Assembly: GCA_020184695.1 (NCBI GenBank)
Contig: JAANOX010000275.1
Span: forward strand, 195,173-259,172
Origin: Histomonas meleagridis 2922-C6/04-290x
Lineage: Eukaryota > Protista > Parabasalia
Length of the DNA: 64,000 bases
Direction of reading: 5' to 3'
Part shown: positions 1-12,879 of the stretch, piece after piece
How the letters are laid out: each line of letters opens with the position of its first letter
Numbering within the stretch: the stretch's first letter is position 1
Program-made: the position numbers and the translations under genes
The notes under the pieces: generated by a model
Seen by the model: only the letters and a program-made list of their open reading frames with translations
What the model was told of the DNA's origin: nothing
Databases searched by the model: none

Positions 1-912
1 CAAGTCACGCCAGTACCTAGACCTATTGATGTTCACAGGATTCCAATTGTTGATCCAAAGACAATATTATCTGATATTGAGCAAATTGGTTCAGGAGGCA
101 CTAGCACTGTTTTTCGTGCAAAGCTTAATTCCACTGGTCAAACAGTTGCTGTAAAAGCTATTGATCTTGCACATAATGAACGACCAATTATCGAGAATGA
201 AATTGAAGTTCAAAGAGCTCTTCGTAGCGAGAACATTGTTCAAATCCATAGTGTAGTAGAATCAAAAAACTGGCTTTACATTATCATGGAATATATTAAT
301 GGTGGTATGCTCACTGATGTACTAACAATTTGCAATCTTACTGAGCCTAACATTGCTTATTTTGTCCAGAAGGTTCTTAAAGCTCTTGTTGTCATTCATA
401 AGTCACACAAAATTCACCGTGACATAAAAAGTGACAACATTTTAGTATCGTTAGAAGGTGATGTGAAAATTGCAGATTTCGGTTATACTGCTCAATTGAA
501 CACCGATAACTCCAAACGCAAAACCGTTTGCGGCACCCCTTATTGGATGGCTCCAGAACTTATTCAAGGATTTGAATATGATTACAAGGTAGATATATGG
601 TCTCTCGGAATCATGTGCATTGAGATGGCAGATGGTGAACCTCCATATATCGATGAACCTCCAATGCGCGCATTATATCTTATTGTAGTTAATGGTGTTT
701 CAGGGTGTGCGGATAAGTCACAATGGTCTCCACAGTTTAATGACTTTTGTAGCAAATGTCTCGAAAGAAATCCAGATAGAAGGCCTTCGGCTGAGGAATT
801 ACTAAGGCATCCATTTCTTACAAGGGTGTCAACCAAAAAGGAAATATCTGATGTGATTAAGTTTGCATTAAATGAAAAGAAAAAGAGAGACGCGGAGGCA
901 GAGCCATTTTAA
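1..912 (+). CDS. STE20/PAK-family Ser/Thr kinase (5' partial; frame is open from base 1)
   Basis: Frame 1 reads IGSGGTSTVF, VAVK, HRDIKSDN, DFG, GTPYWMAPE, DIWSLG and GEPPY...P.RALYLI, the PAK/GCK signature. TAA ends at 912. Confidence 0.92.
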   Translation, partial: QVTPVPRPIDVHRIPIVDPKTILSDIEQIGSGGTSTVFRAKLNSTGQTVAVKAIDLAHNERPIIENEIEVQRALRSENIVQIHSVVESKNWLYIIMEYINGGMLTDVLTICNLTEPNIAYFVQKVLKALVVIHKSHKIHRDIKSDNILVSLEGDVKIADFGYTAQLNTDNSKRKTVCGTPYWMAPELIQGFEYDYKVDIWSLGIMCIEMADGEPPYIDEPPMRALYLIVVNGVSGCADKSQWSPQFNDFCSKCLERNPDRRPSAEELLRHPFLTRVSTKKEISDVIKFALNEKKKRDAEAEPF

Positions 913-980
913 TTACTTTGTGAGGAATGAGTAAATGAGTATTAAAATTATCGTAAAAATGATCGTTCGAAAATATATTT

Positions 981-2369
981 ATGAGATCAACTTTTAATAA
1001 AATTTGTTGTTCTAATGACGACGATTTGATTCAACCATTAAAATTATCAATAAATGAACAAGTGAATAAAATTGTTCAATTATCTGAAGAAAAAAAACAA
1101 TTGGAAAAAATAAATAAAAATTTGAATTCAGAAATTAATAAATTAAAAGCATCAAATGAAAATAATGGAACATTTAGTCCGCCAACACTCCCAAGTTCAA
1201 GTCGAAAGTATTATAATGCAATTAAATCTAATCAAAATGATACTGATGAAACACATTCGGAAGAAAACGTTCAAAGCAATGAAATAGAGATAAAAACATA
1301 AATGAAACTATATCAGAGGATAACAATGCAAACGAAATACAAATAAACAACAATAATGAAAATGTAACAGAAACTAAAAGTATTGATGATGAAACTCATA
1401 CAGAAGATAACGATGAAAAGGAAATAGAAACAAAAAATATTATCGAAAAAGAAAGTAAAGATAACGAAATAGAAACAAATACTTATAATAATGAATAAGA
1501 AAATAACACTCTTTATCCGAAAAGCGAATCGTTTAGATCAAATCATCACAACTACGAAGAAGAATCTTCAAATTCATGAAGAATATACTGATTCGCCATT
1601 AATTCCCATTCCAAACAATAATTTAGAAAGAACAACAACAACAAATGTTATATATGAACATTCGCCTGATCTCTTTGATTCACATATATTACAAATCGAA
1701 ACATTATTAAACGAAATCAAAAAGTTAAAAGAAGAAAAGAATTTACTTAAGACAAAATATAAAGCGCAAATTGATCATCACGTTTCATTTAATTAGCGTT
1801 TTCTTCACACCGAAAAAAGTTTATTCATGGGAAGAGTTTTCACAAGAAGATTTAAATGCTGCGAATAGTATAAACGAAGAAATAAAAGAAGAAAATGATA
1901 ATAACAATAACAATAGTAATAACGAAGATACTTTCGAAGAATATCAACAGAAAAAAATAAAAGAAAACACTGGAATTGCATTGACTAAGAATTTAAGGAA
2001 TTTCTCATTTCATTCGCTCGATGATTCACCTTCGCCTTTTTCGAATTTACTTAGCGGACATATCTTCGATAACAAAACAAATGATCTTTCGATTTCACCG
2101 ACTTAAACTTTGAAATATCTTTAATTACAAATAATTTGACATTAATAAACAATAACGAAAACATAAATATTAAACTAAATAACAAAGATAATGAAAACAT
2201 AAGCATTGATAATAATAATAATAGCGAAACTTATAGCGATAGTTTTAATGTTAATAACAACGAAATAATAAATTGCAATGAAATAATTTCATTAGAAGTA
2301 AATCTAAATGAAATCAACAAATATTTGCAAATCGAAAACAATTTTAATGATTTATTTCATGAAAACTAA
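981..2369 (+). pseudogene. Broken low-complexity (N/E-rich, coiled-coil) protein gene
   Basis: Four consecutive same-strand ORFs of similar composition. An unlisted frame (NETISEDNNANEIQ...TYNNE*) bridges about 1300-1495. The pieces are separated by frameshifts and stops. Confidence 0.4.
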
Positions 2370-2768
2370 ACATAAATTTCCATCATTGCTTGATATAGAT
2401 ATTAACCAAATTCTTATAGATGAGAATCGAATTTTATCATCATGACAAAAAGTAATCATAAGAGATCGGAAATTGGTCAAAGGACAGTTTCACTTATCAA
2501 AAGTCAATTTCTATCACTTTTTGTTTCAAAATAAATTTATCTCATCTTTACTCAAATATAATATAGCATTTATATTAAATTAAATCATCAATTATGTACA
2601 CAATAATATATTATATATACTTGATGGTTAGATTCAATATCTTTTATCGAGAAGTAATGTTTTTCAAATGTTGATGCGTCAAGAATATTCTGACGAATAT
2701 ATTTTGACAACACCTCACCTCACTGATGTAAAAATACTTTTATTATAGTAACAATTTTATAACAATCA

Positions 2769-3944
2769 CTAAATAAACTTCGATGGTGGCACAAGAGAAG
2801 CCAGCAATTTTTTCTGTGCGATATTAGCTGACATTGGTCTCAATATTAACTTTGATCGACATTCTCTTGCCCTTGCTTCTGGGGTTGGTATTCTTCCCAT
2901 ATCATGCTCAACAGGGTTCATATTTAGCATCTTACCAACTTGATACTTTCTTTTCATGATTCGATAAGATACAAGTTTATTTTCATCCATTCCTTCGGTA
3001 TTACTTTCTTGCATAGTTTTCAACGCCGCCAAGTGTATTCTATCCTTTTTTTGTGAGTTCTTTTGCATCAAATGAACCCTTCTTAACCATGGATGATTCG
3101 GAAGATCGACAACACGAAGCCTTTTTTCCGGATCATTGCATAAAAGACCATGTAAAATCTTTCTTGCGTCTTCGGAAATTCCATTCGGGATAACTATTTC
3201 TTCTCGAACGATTTGTCCAAGCGCTTCACAAACAGAGTTCCCGTTATACGGAAGTTTGTTAAAGAAGAGCGCATAGAGAATAATACCAAGTGCCCAAGAG
3301 TCAACTTTTGTGGCGTCATAGCTCTTGCAAAGAAGAATCTCAGGTGGTTCATATTGAACAGTTCCACATACAGATGATGTAAATTCACCTTCTTTGAACT
3401 CGCGTGAACATCCAAAATCGGCTAACATAACACGACCATTCTCATCTAGAAGAATATTTTCAAGTTTGAGATCACGGTGAACATAACCATTAATATGCAT
3501 AAAAGAAACAGTCTTAACAATGGAATAAAAAAAGCGCTTGATTTCATATTCTTGTAGATGTTTGTGTGTTGAAATGTATGAATATAAATCACCTCCTTCA
3601 GCATACTCAAGAATAAGATAAATTCCATCTATTACATCAAGAGCGTCGTAGAGTTCGGTTATATGTCTATTTTCGCCAAAAAATCTTAAGATTTTGATTT
3701 CACGCGCTAGTGCACAAACTTGCTTGGGATTTGTCAATTTAGACTTATATATGGTTTTCATAATTACACTTTGCCCTGTTTCAATATGTGTAGCAAGACG
3801 AACTGTTGAGTTTCGTGATTGATGAATTATTTTCACATAATGATATTGACTTTGAAATTCTTCAAATGACAACGTCCTTACAAGCCCATAGAGTTCACTA
3901 AATAATGGGTCAGCCTGTTCAATAGGACGCCACAGGTTCATCAA
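2769..3944 (-). CDS. SNF1/AMPK/MARK-like (CAMK group) Ser/Thr kinase
   Basis: 391 aa with HRDLKLEN, DFG, SSVCGTVQYEPPE, DSWALG and DPEKR; the gly-loop is degenerate (HQSRNS). Confidence 0.9.
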   Translation of the reverse strand: MMNLWRPIEQADPLFSELYGLVRTLSFEEFQSQYHYVKIIHQSRNSTVRLATHIETGQSVIMKTIYKSKLTNPKQVCALAREIKILRFFGENRHITELYDALDVIDGIYLILEYAEGGDLYSYISTHKHLQEYEIKRFFYSIVKTVSFMHINGYVHRDLKLENILLDENGRVMLADFGCSREFKEGEFTSSVCGTVQYEPPEILLCKSYDATKVDSWALGIILYALFFNKLPYNGNSVCEALGQIVREEIVIPNGISEDARKILHGLLCNDPEKRLRVVDLPNHPWLRRVHLMQKNSQKKDRIHLAALKTMQESNTEGMDENKLVSYRIMKRKYQVGKMLNMNPVEHDMGRIPTPEARARECRSKLILRPMSANIAQKKLLASLVPPSKFI

Positions 3945-4139
3945 AGGAAATATGGTGTAAAATTATCAATTTTTTGAGGATCTGCCACTTTTTATTACAA
4001 TTTCAAGAACAATAACGTTTTTTAACGTTCAGCAATTAAACGGATCAAGATTTATCTCTAGAATATTCTAAAATTTATTCTAAAATTTATTTCACTAATT
4101 GTATATAATTATATAATTATCTAATTATATAATACAGAG

Positions 4140-4430
4140 AAAGGAATAACATGAACCCAGATCAACCAATATTATTATTTTTATATTCCCATGTAGCAAG
4201 AAAGAATACAAAAGATATAAAAAATTTCCGAAAAAATAATATTATCGTATGCACTTTTCCAAGATATTTAACATTATCCAACTATTTGATCTTGTGATTG
4301 CAATGATAAAAGCAACTAAAAGGTTTTCATTGGCAAGCAAATTAATAACATCTGATGATGTTTATAATTTGCTTAAAGAAAGAAAATCAAAAGAGTCAAA
4401 AGCACTTCAAAATTTTGAAATTTAACATTT
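4140..4430 (+). mobile_element. pogo/DDE_1 transposase remnant
   Basis: Broken frames read PDQPILLF...HVARKN...NNIIVCTFPRYLT..., resembling the DDE_1 LLxxDxH...FPPHxTH region. Confidence 0.4.
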
Positions 4431-4599
4431 GAAAATTTGAAATAACAGCTGTTTCGTCACTGACGGTATACAAGAAAAGTGAAAATCGTATCTATCTCAA
4501 ACCATACTAAAAACAAATCACATCAAGAATAAGTCGTATGAAAAAAAAATCAAATACTAAATAAAACAATACATATTATAAATTCTGAAAAAATCTTGT

Positions 4600-5780
4600 T
4601 TATTTATTAAAAATCACTTTCTGCAACCCATGCCAATTCGATTGAAAATCGATACACAAAAATAGATTTTCCATTAAGGTTCCCGGTGAACCATTAATTG
4701 ATCCCCTATTAATATCTAAATTTTGTAGGAGCAAAATTCTACAATTTGGTGCTATATGAAGATGAAATGGAATAATAGATTTTATCAATCTCTTTTTCAT
4801 GACACCATATAAGATTCCAATTTTATTTATAAGCTTGATATATGCGAGCTGTTTGACTTTGAATTTCACGTTCGTGCTCCATTGGAACATCATAGTCATT
4901 CGGATAATATGAACATTTTTGATCGATGATAAATTTTGCTTGTATATTTTTGATTTGAATATGATCTCCATTTAATCTTCTTAATAGGATTGCATTATAA
5001 TATTCATTTCCATCTCTTCTCGATTAATAAAAGTGATGACCATTCCATCCATATTAATCCCCCCTACACTATTATCTATTGTATGAATTACAGTGTCAAT
5101 TGTTTCGGGTATAAATCTCTGTTCTAATAAATTCATTATATATTCATATAAAAATATGACCCAATATAAATTATTTCGAACATATGTTATATATTTAATT
5201 AATTAAATGAAAGTATGTTCATAAGGATTATGACGCATGACAATATTTAAATCGAATCTATTAAATTCTATAAAAAATTTGCTTTTGTAAAATAGTTCAA
5301 TCCATTCGGAATAATCATCATATGTCTTAGAAACTGCAGGGACTTGTGCACGGTCTTCAAAAAACAAAATACTTCTACCACCAAAAAAATAAATTTGGAT
5401 CATTTTTTTGTGACAGATGTCATTGTTACTTCGTCTATTGTGGTGAATTTATCCCAAATGCAGATTTAAACAGTTCTTCCACCACATATATCTTTCGAAA
5501 TCAAAAGTTTCTTGATAGCATTAATTAAAAAAGTTCTCCCTGTACCTGCTTTGCCACTTATAGAAGCTTCAATTTGAATTCAATTTTGTATTCGACTATT
5601 AATTTCATTAAAAACGAAACATTGATCATTATTAAATGCATTAATAATTGTAATAAGCTCGTTAGTTGCATTGATTTTTGTTGGGGGATCGAATGAAAAA
5701 TGAATATATTTATTGATAAAGGCACAGGTTCATGAGCAAGAGATGGAATAGAATTATTCATTATTTGATTATACAATTTA
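4600..5780 (-). mobile_element. Helitron-type PIF1 helicase remnant
   Basis: Minus strand has Walker A-like SGKAGTGRTF (about 5525-5555) and IAPNCRILLLQNLDINRGSINGS, matching the PIF1 2B LxxGxxVMLLRNLDxxRGLxNG motif. Confidence 0.7.
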
Positions 5781-6555
5781 ATACATCAATAACATTATCT
5801 ATTATTCTTTTTTGTTCTATTGATACTTCATCTTTCAAAGAAATTAAATAATTAGTCATATCTTCATTTATTTTTATTAAATGATGATATTTATTTATGA
5901 ATTTTCATTAATAAAAATAGTCGGGAGTGGAAATTTATTGCATTTTCGAAAGTTAATATAGTTATATATAAATTTTGATTTGATTTATATGAATTTCATG
6001 TAACTTATTTAAAGGGTTAACTATTCCAATGGTTCGATTCAATGATTCTATATTTTTTTGACTTTTTTTTACGGAATGCTTATTTTTTTTCATATTCTAA
6101 AAATAATAACAAAATAATTAGGTAAATCATAAAATGTTTGTAATTATTTGAATACTTGAATAAATAATGAAAATATTCTTATTTTTGTATTAAATAAATT
6201 CAATGACGATATGAAATTTGACAATAAATGCGAACAGACATAGGCAAAAAAATCATGTTGTGAGATGATAATTATATACAATTATACATTTTTACTGTTC
6301 ATATCATAATGTATTTTAATTTAGTTTGACATATTTATGATAAGGTAAAAATTATTATGGTTGTTATTTTTTTATAGAAAAATATTTTTAATATATTTAT
6401 GCATATTTTTTAAAATCATTTTTTTATTAACATTCAGATTACTCCAAAAAATTATACAATAATATCCTATTATTCGTTTTTCATTATTATAAAAATTCAG
6501 CATTAATTTATAAATATTACAATATGTATACTTTATTATTTTGAAACATTATTCA

Positions 6556-8450
6556 TTATTTAATACTCATTATTTTTTTATATGCTTTATATTTAAATTT
6601 TGCTTTGAAGTTCACATTATTTATATTTTCCTTATTGTTATTAGTTTCGACACCCCATAGTTTGGAAATCTCCATAAAAGTTTCTATCAAATTTAATAAG
6701 CATCCTTTAATGTGATATATATTTTTGACTAATTCATATATAAAATCACATTCTTTAATATTTTGTTTGGAATAATTATATTCATCATATGTTTTTTCAT
6801 ATAAGTATACAGGTGCTTTTGAAGAAAACGACCAAGAATCAAATGATGGATGTATTTCAACAAAATTTATGTCATTATTAAAGACTGGAAGTTCAAGATT
6901 TTCAAAATATAAACATGAGCATTTTATAGTATGTATGCAAGGAAAATCATTAATTCCGATTATATTTGAATATATATCACCCCACAATTCATATAACATG
7001 TTTCACATTGAACGATTGAAGATTGTTGTGCAACTATCTTTAAATTGCAAAGTAATCTATGAGTTTGTTTTTCTGAATTTATTTCAAAATTATTATAAAT
7101 ATCATAAATTGTATCTAAATCAATTTGTAATCTTCGATTAATTTTGTGAAATCGGAAAACATTCACATTCATTTTTTTGTGCAAACTTTCAATGTGATTT
7201 GAGCATGTTGAGATTCCTAATGTCTATTACATTAACTATTTCGATGATTACTACTTTTTGCAATAAGATTATTATTCAATATTTGTATATCAAATATTTT
7301 CCCAAATTTCATAATCGTTTTTGTATCGATTTCTTCATTAATAATGAGTTCATTAACATCTGCAATAGATTGAACTAATTAAATCTCATAACTATCAATA
7401 TTAGGTTGAGATAATAATCTTACCACAATTTGTGCGATAAAAGACCCCGAACCAATTTTCTCAATTAAATGCATATAACATAAAAATTGTTTCTAATCTA
7501 AATGATTAACAAAAGATTCAATAGCACTCCCTTCATCAGATAATACTGGTAAATTATTTATACGATCAGAATTAGTAATTATTTTTTATACATAGATAAG
7601 TGAATATAAATTTTTAGATTCCGATGGACCTAAAATAATTATCGAAGAAATCGATACATTATTGAATATTAAAAGTTGTATTGAATACACATATGGACGT
7701 AAAGCATAAAACGAAGCATCTATTCGAATATAAAGACAACCACCATCGATAGATAGAAATCCTGAATCTCCAGGTAAAATTCAAATGAAGCATTGAACTG
7801 GTTAATTTTCATATACTAATAATAAATTCTCGATATCTGATTTTTCTTCATATTTATATATGAAGAAAAAACCACTCCTCGAAAAAATAATTTTCTCCGA
7901 ACTTGAACATTTCGTTTTTTGATTCGAAAGTTTATAATACAAACAATTTGAAAAAATAATTTGCCTTAAAAAATGTTTTAAAATTACATTCGAAGTATTT
8001 TTATATATTATTTTGCCAATCATCCGAAGCGGATGAATTATTTGGAAATTTTTTTTATGATTGTTAATTATTTCTTAATCCAATGGAAACACAAATATAA
8101 ACTTTCTGGAAGAATTATCTGTTTCTTCATGAAGAAGGTCGATTACATGTTCGCATAAAATTCTGCAGCCTATTGTTCCTGTTTCAGAGGTTTTTTGTAA
8201 ATGCAATTTGAAAATTATTTGATCACATTTGGAACATGATATCGAAAAATTGATATCATTATTTCGTCTGATGGTGTGCTATTTACATGTAATAAATAAT
8301 GGTAAATTTTGAATAAATTTTGTAATATCGAAATATGTTAAATAAAGAGAACCTGGAAATTCTAAAATGAACAATTGCTTGTGAAATACAGTATTGTCAT
8401 AATTCTGTCTTAAACCTAATTGAAGGTAAATGCAGCCTTGTTCAAAGTTC
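6556..8450 (-). mobile_element. MULE/MuDR transposase remnant
   Basis: DASFYALRPY and LSDEGSAIES...HLIEKIG core at about 7430-7730. ECECFRF...PCIH SWIM-type finger at about 6900-7200. The core is an inverted homologue of 10920-11200. Confidence 0.6.
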
Positions 8451-8699
8451 ATATGATAAAACTAAAAATGTCAAAAAAAGTATGCCAATTGACTCGAACC
8501 TAGTTATCATTTTCTCATAATAAAGAAAGCCCATAATTGCTCAACGAAAGTCAAGTGAAAGTTTTTGATGAATGAGCAAATCGTTGCAAATGGGTTTTCG
8601 AACATGATGGATCCTATTTCATCAGTGATTAATAAAAAATCACTAATTTTAATTAAAATCTCATATTCATAAAAATTGCGCGAAATAACCGAACACCCT

Positions 8700-10250
8700 A
8701 TACCTCTTGCACCATTTATAAGGTTTTTTTTATTAATATTTTTTAGAAGCCTAACTCTAGCATTAATGCAAAGTGATAAAGATCTTTGAACTATACAATT
8801 TGTATACTATAATATTGAGGCTCCTGATAGGATTCTTATTTCAGAATCATAAGAAATTCTTGTTTCATATATTTCTCTATGTGTATCTAAATTATTTTTT
8901 GAGATCTTCAACAAAAGGATCTGCAATATAAGCATTTTTAACATTAGTTTTAAATGAGCATCAATAATTACTAATTCTTCAGCACTTGCTCTTTTGTGGA
9001 GAATTCGATTATTCTAATCATTAACTTCAATATTTTTATAACATATTACCATTCCATCAGGATCACCATTACCTACAAAATTATCAACTATATCATATTG
9101 ATCGACTGAATGAATATTTTTTAATTATCTTGATCTGGGAATATTTAATAATTTTTGACTTAATTTAGTATTCTCTTTATAAGTTCTTATTTGATCAAAT
9201 AATTGATAATAGTTGTATTTGATCAGAATCTTGTCTTACGACTTTTTCTGAAAAACAAATTTGAAAATAAATCGCAACATTAAATATTAAAAAATTGAAA
9301 TTGTGATTCTTGGAAATCATCATTTAAATTTGATACTGCAGGAACTTGTGACATGTCACCAAATAATAAAACATTACATCCACCAAAAGTATTATTAGGA
9401 TTAGGCTTTTTTACTACTAAAGCTAATGTTTTTGATAAATTTTCAATTAATTCTTAAGCTGATTTTGATAACATTGTTATCCGATCAATACTAATATATT
9501 TAATCATATAGATAATACAACACCTCTTTGGTTTTGAATTCTAATCCCAGAAAAACAATCATCATTAGTATTTAAATATTAAGCGAATGCAGAATGAGCT
9601 GTTTGTCCATCAATTAAGCTAGCAGCTATGCTAAATCAATTACCTTTTGCCTGTTTTAGTTTTATTTTGAACAAATAGTAATAAATGTAAGCCTTTATTA
9701 ATTGAAGTCATTCTTTTGGTAATTACATTTAATTGATCAAAATTACTTTGAATCATCGGCCGAGTATTTTCTAAGTTTTGAACAGCTAGATTATTTTCAT
9801 CCCATGTAAAATCACATGTAATGTAATTTTCATAATTTTGTTCTTCGATAGAATCCAAAGTATTTATAATCAAATTAGGTTTAACTCCTTGAGATATCAT
9901 TGATGTCAATATAATAGAAATTTCAACATCATTTTATCTAATTCGATTCAATATGAATTGGATGAATAAAGGAGAAATTACATCATCTTCTGGATCATGA
10001 GGAGGAATGATTACATGATATTCAAGAGCTCCAACCCATGCATTTGAAACTGATATAACTTGTTAGTTGTAAGTTTTTATATTTTTGAATTCATCATCTT
10101 CTATAAGAATTTCAGCACTGATTATATCATTCGGTGATAAGTGATCAAGATTGAGCTCTGATGCAAAAACTGGAGGCTTTAGATTGCTGAGCTCTTTTTT
10201 TGTGTATATAATGAAAAAAATTGAATGAACTCATAGAAAATATACACAAT
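8700..10250 (-). mobile_element. Helitron RepHel (PIF1 helicase) remnant
   Basis: KTGK...AASLIDGQTAHSAF and NTFGGCNVLLFGDMSQVPAV (about 9330-9660), which are PIF1 motifs I, Ia and III. Confidence 0.75.
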
Positions 10251-10774
10251 ATGAAAATTTTGACGATGCATGCTTTTTATTACTTAATGTGAAATTTACT
10301 CCAGTTTTTCGAAGGAACCCTTAAAGTCGTTTTATTGCGGCTTAAAGATATTATTCCCGGTACTCTATTTACATTAAATAACTTAATTTGTACACACTCT
10401 TCATTAATAAACTCTCTTTTTTCATCATCATATTCACTTGATATGTTCTCTTGTACTTTTAAAAATATGATGTCACTATCACAATCTTCAAATGATATTA
10501 TTTCGTTGTCATTACTAATCATTATGTTTGAATTCCAATCTGTACATTTAGAAATATAATATTTATATCAAAACTAACATAAAATGATATTTATTATATC
10601 AGATAGAAATTTAACGTTAATCATCCTCTGATGATGATCGGTAAAAAAATCACAACCTCACGGAAAATGACATTTTAAAGTATTTTCTATAAAAAATTAT
10701 TTACTCGAGATCGCATGAAAATAGGATATTAAGAAAAATCAATCATTGTAATATAATTTTAGAAAATTATTAAT

Positions 10775-11420
10775 TTGACTCGTAAATATTATTTTTATTA
10801 TTTATATGATAATATTATTTATAATAAATTATTTATATACCAAAATTGTTCTGTTCAATGCTTTGTCTGGATTTCATGTCGGGTTCAAGATGTAATTCAC
10901 ATTGGGTCATATATGCAATTAGATGCTTCTTTCTATGCGCTTAGACCATATGTCAATTCAGTTCCATTATTAATTTACAATAATGCTTCAATCCCATTAT
11001 ATGTCGTAATATTACATCAGAATCCAAAAATTATTATGAAATATTTTATTCATGCTTGGAAAAAGTTATTGGTTTTAATATCCTGACCGTAATCTCAATT
11101 TTTTCTGATGAAGGGAGAGCTATAGAATCTTTGTCTAAAAAAAGAAACTTAATACAATTTATATATTACAGGCACCTTTTGGAAAAGATTGGTTCTGGTA
11201 CATATATAGCTAAAATCGTTAAAAGGCTTTTATATATGCCAACACTTAAAAGTTATCAAAAAGAATTGCTTCAGGCTATTTCAGATGTTAATGAACTAAT
11301 TCAGAATGCTGAAATAAGTTCAAAAACAGCAAAGCAATTTGCAAAAATATTTGAGCTAAAATTTGAAAATGGTTAACTTATTGCTAATGAATCATGTGAT
11401 CATAAAAATGGAATATGGAA
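10775..11420 (+). mobile_element. MULE transposase remnant
   Basis: MQLDASFYALRPY...IPL and FSDEGRAIESL...YYRHLLEKIG lie in two frames; paralogue of 7430-7730. Confidence 0.6.
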
Positions 11421-11599
11421 TAGAGAAATGATAGGGATCTTATGGGCAAAATTAAAAATTATTTCCTAAATTTGAAAACCGAGCTTTCAGTTTGATTTTC
11501 GTTCGAAAATCAAAAAAATTGAATTTTTTTACGGTTAGATCGGATCATTTAAATACGTCATAATTATGATATAATACTCCAAATTCAATTTAAAGAAAT

Positions 11600-11900
11600 T
11601 TATAATTTTCCCAGTCAATCATGATATTTGGGGTAATTTCATGTGATTATGAGAGCAAACTCGTAATAACTGAAAAATTTGTGAATTTAAGCAAAATGGA
11701 TAAACCTGATTTCATCAATAGGATGAATGAACTTCATGGAAAATTAGATTGGGTGTGCCACACATCTGTTGTTTCTATTTATTAACTGAAAAAGAGACTC
11801 GATGTGATTACTGATTGGCCACCCAACTCCCCCGACTTAAATCCCATTAAATTATGATGGCGATAATTAAGCGTATTAAAAAATGCTGAGTACTGTGAAG
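11600..11900 (+). mobile_element. Tc1-like (DD34E) transposase remnant
   Basis: VITDWPPNSPDLNPI at about 11803-11848. Confidence 0.6.
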
Positions 11901-12403
11901 AGAGGTTTAATAATCTGTATCGTCATAATGCATTTATTATTGTGAATATTTTCTATTATGAGTCTATTCAATTTATAATATCGTAAGAAGAGAATAACAT
12001 CACAGATTCTAAAGCTTTCATTTATTTTATCAGATGAGATTTCGTTTAATAAAACGATTTCGACTGATTGTTTTTCAAGTTGCGGAAAAAAAGCAAAAAT
12101 TGAGGAACCTGCTTTTTAGTTAAAAATAAATATCATAATCAAATTCTCCATATGTTATAACATTATATTCGATAAATTTTTCTTTTTCGTTATGCCATTT
12201 TTGAATGAGTATTCAAATTATTAGGAATTGTGAAAAAATATTACCTATTCAATTGTTATATATACTTCCTATTTTCGTCGAGATAATCCTGATAAAATAT
12301 AAAATGTCAGATTAACAAAAAATGATATTTGAAATTTGTAGGCATATATTGATCAATTTTTAATTATGTGTGGGTAACTTTTGTTCATTAAATTCACTTT
12401 ATA

Positions 12404-12505
12404 AAATGCAATGTATAATAGATAATGTAATGCAATAAAAAATCGATAATGTAATGCAATGTAAAATAGATAATGTAATGCAATGTATGATAGTTAATGT
12501 AATCA
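12404..12505. repeat. ~24-bp minisatellite (gataatgtaatgcaatgtaaaata), about 4 units
   Basis: Directly visible imperfect tandem units with no unique spacers. Confidence 0.7.
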
Positions 12506-12879
12506 TCTAGACCAAAAGTCGTGCTGCTGATGACTTTGATTGCTTGAAGGAATGGATCACGACCACTTTTTCATATGTTATACATGTGATCTAAATATAT
12601 TAATAATTTGATTATGCTTGCAAATGATGTTTTGACATCTTAATATTGTATCTGAATGAAATATATGTCAAAATTAAACCATAATAATTTCCATCTATTG
12701 ACATTTCCTAATTACACTCATATTATTTTTGACGAAAAACATAAATTATTTAAATCCATATAGAATAAAAATATTTTCTCTGAATTTCTTTCTTCTTTCA
12801 ATTTTTTCAATATTAAACAAAAAGTCGTAAATAATTGTGTAACTTCCGACTTTTTGAATTCAAAATATCGTGAAAAATA

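Noticed and set aside
582-836. Short antisense or overlapping ORFs (also 3194-3628, 16199-16498, 28585-28809, 35537-35830, 61750-62061, 62639-62845)
   Set aside because: They are shadows of recognisable genes or transposases on the other strand or in another frame.
1480-1500. In-frame TAA in coding-like sequence as evidence for a TAR=Gln genetic code
   Set aside because: Intact long genes contain no in-frame TAR and several end in TAA or TAG, so the standard code fits.
9348-9359. gtgacatgtcac, identical to the MULE TIR palindrome at 40437-40448
   Set aside because: It lies within the helicase codons for GDMSQ and lacks the rest of the TIR, so it is coincidental.
12404-12505. Tandem repeats as a CRISPR array (also 48760-49140)
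   Set aside because: No unique spacers, degenerate units, eukaryotic context and no cas genes.
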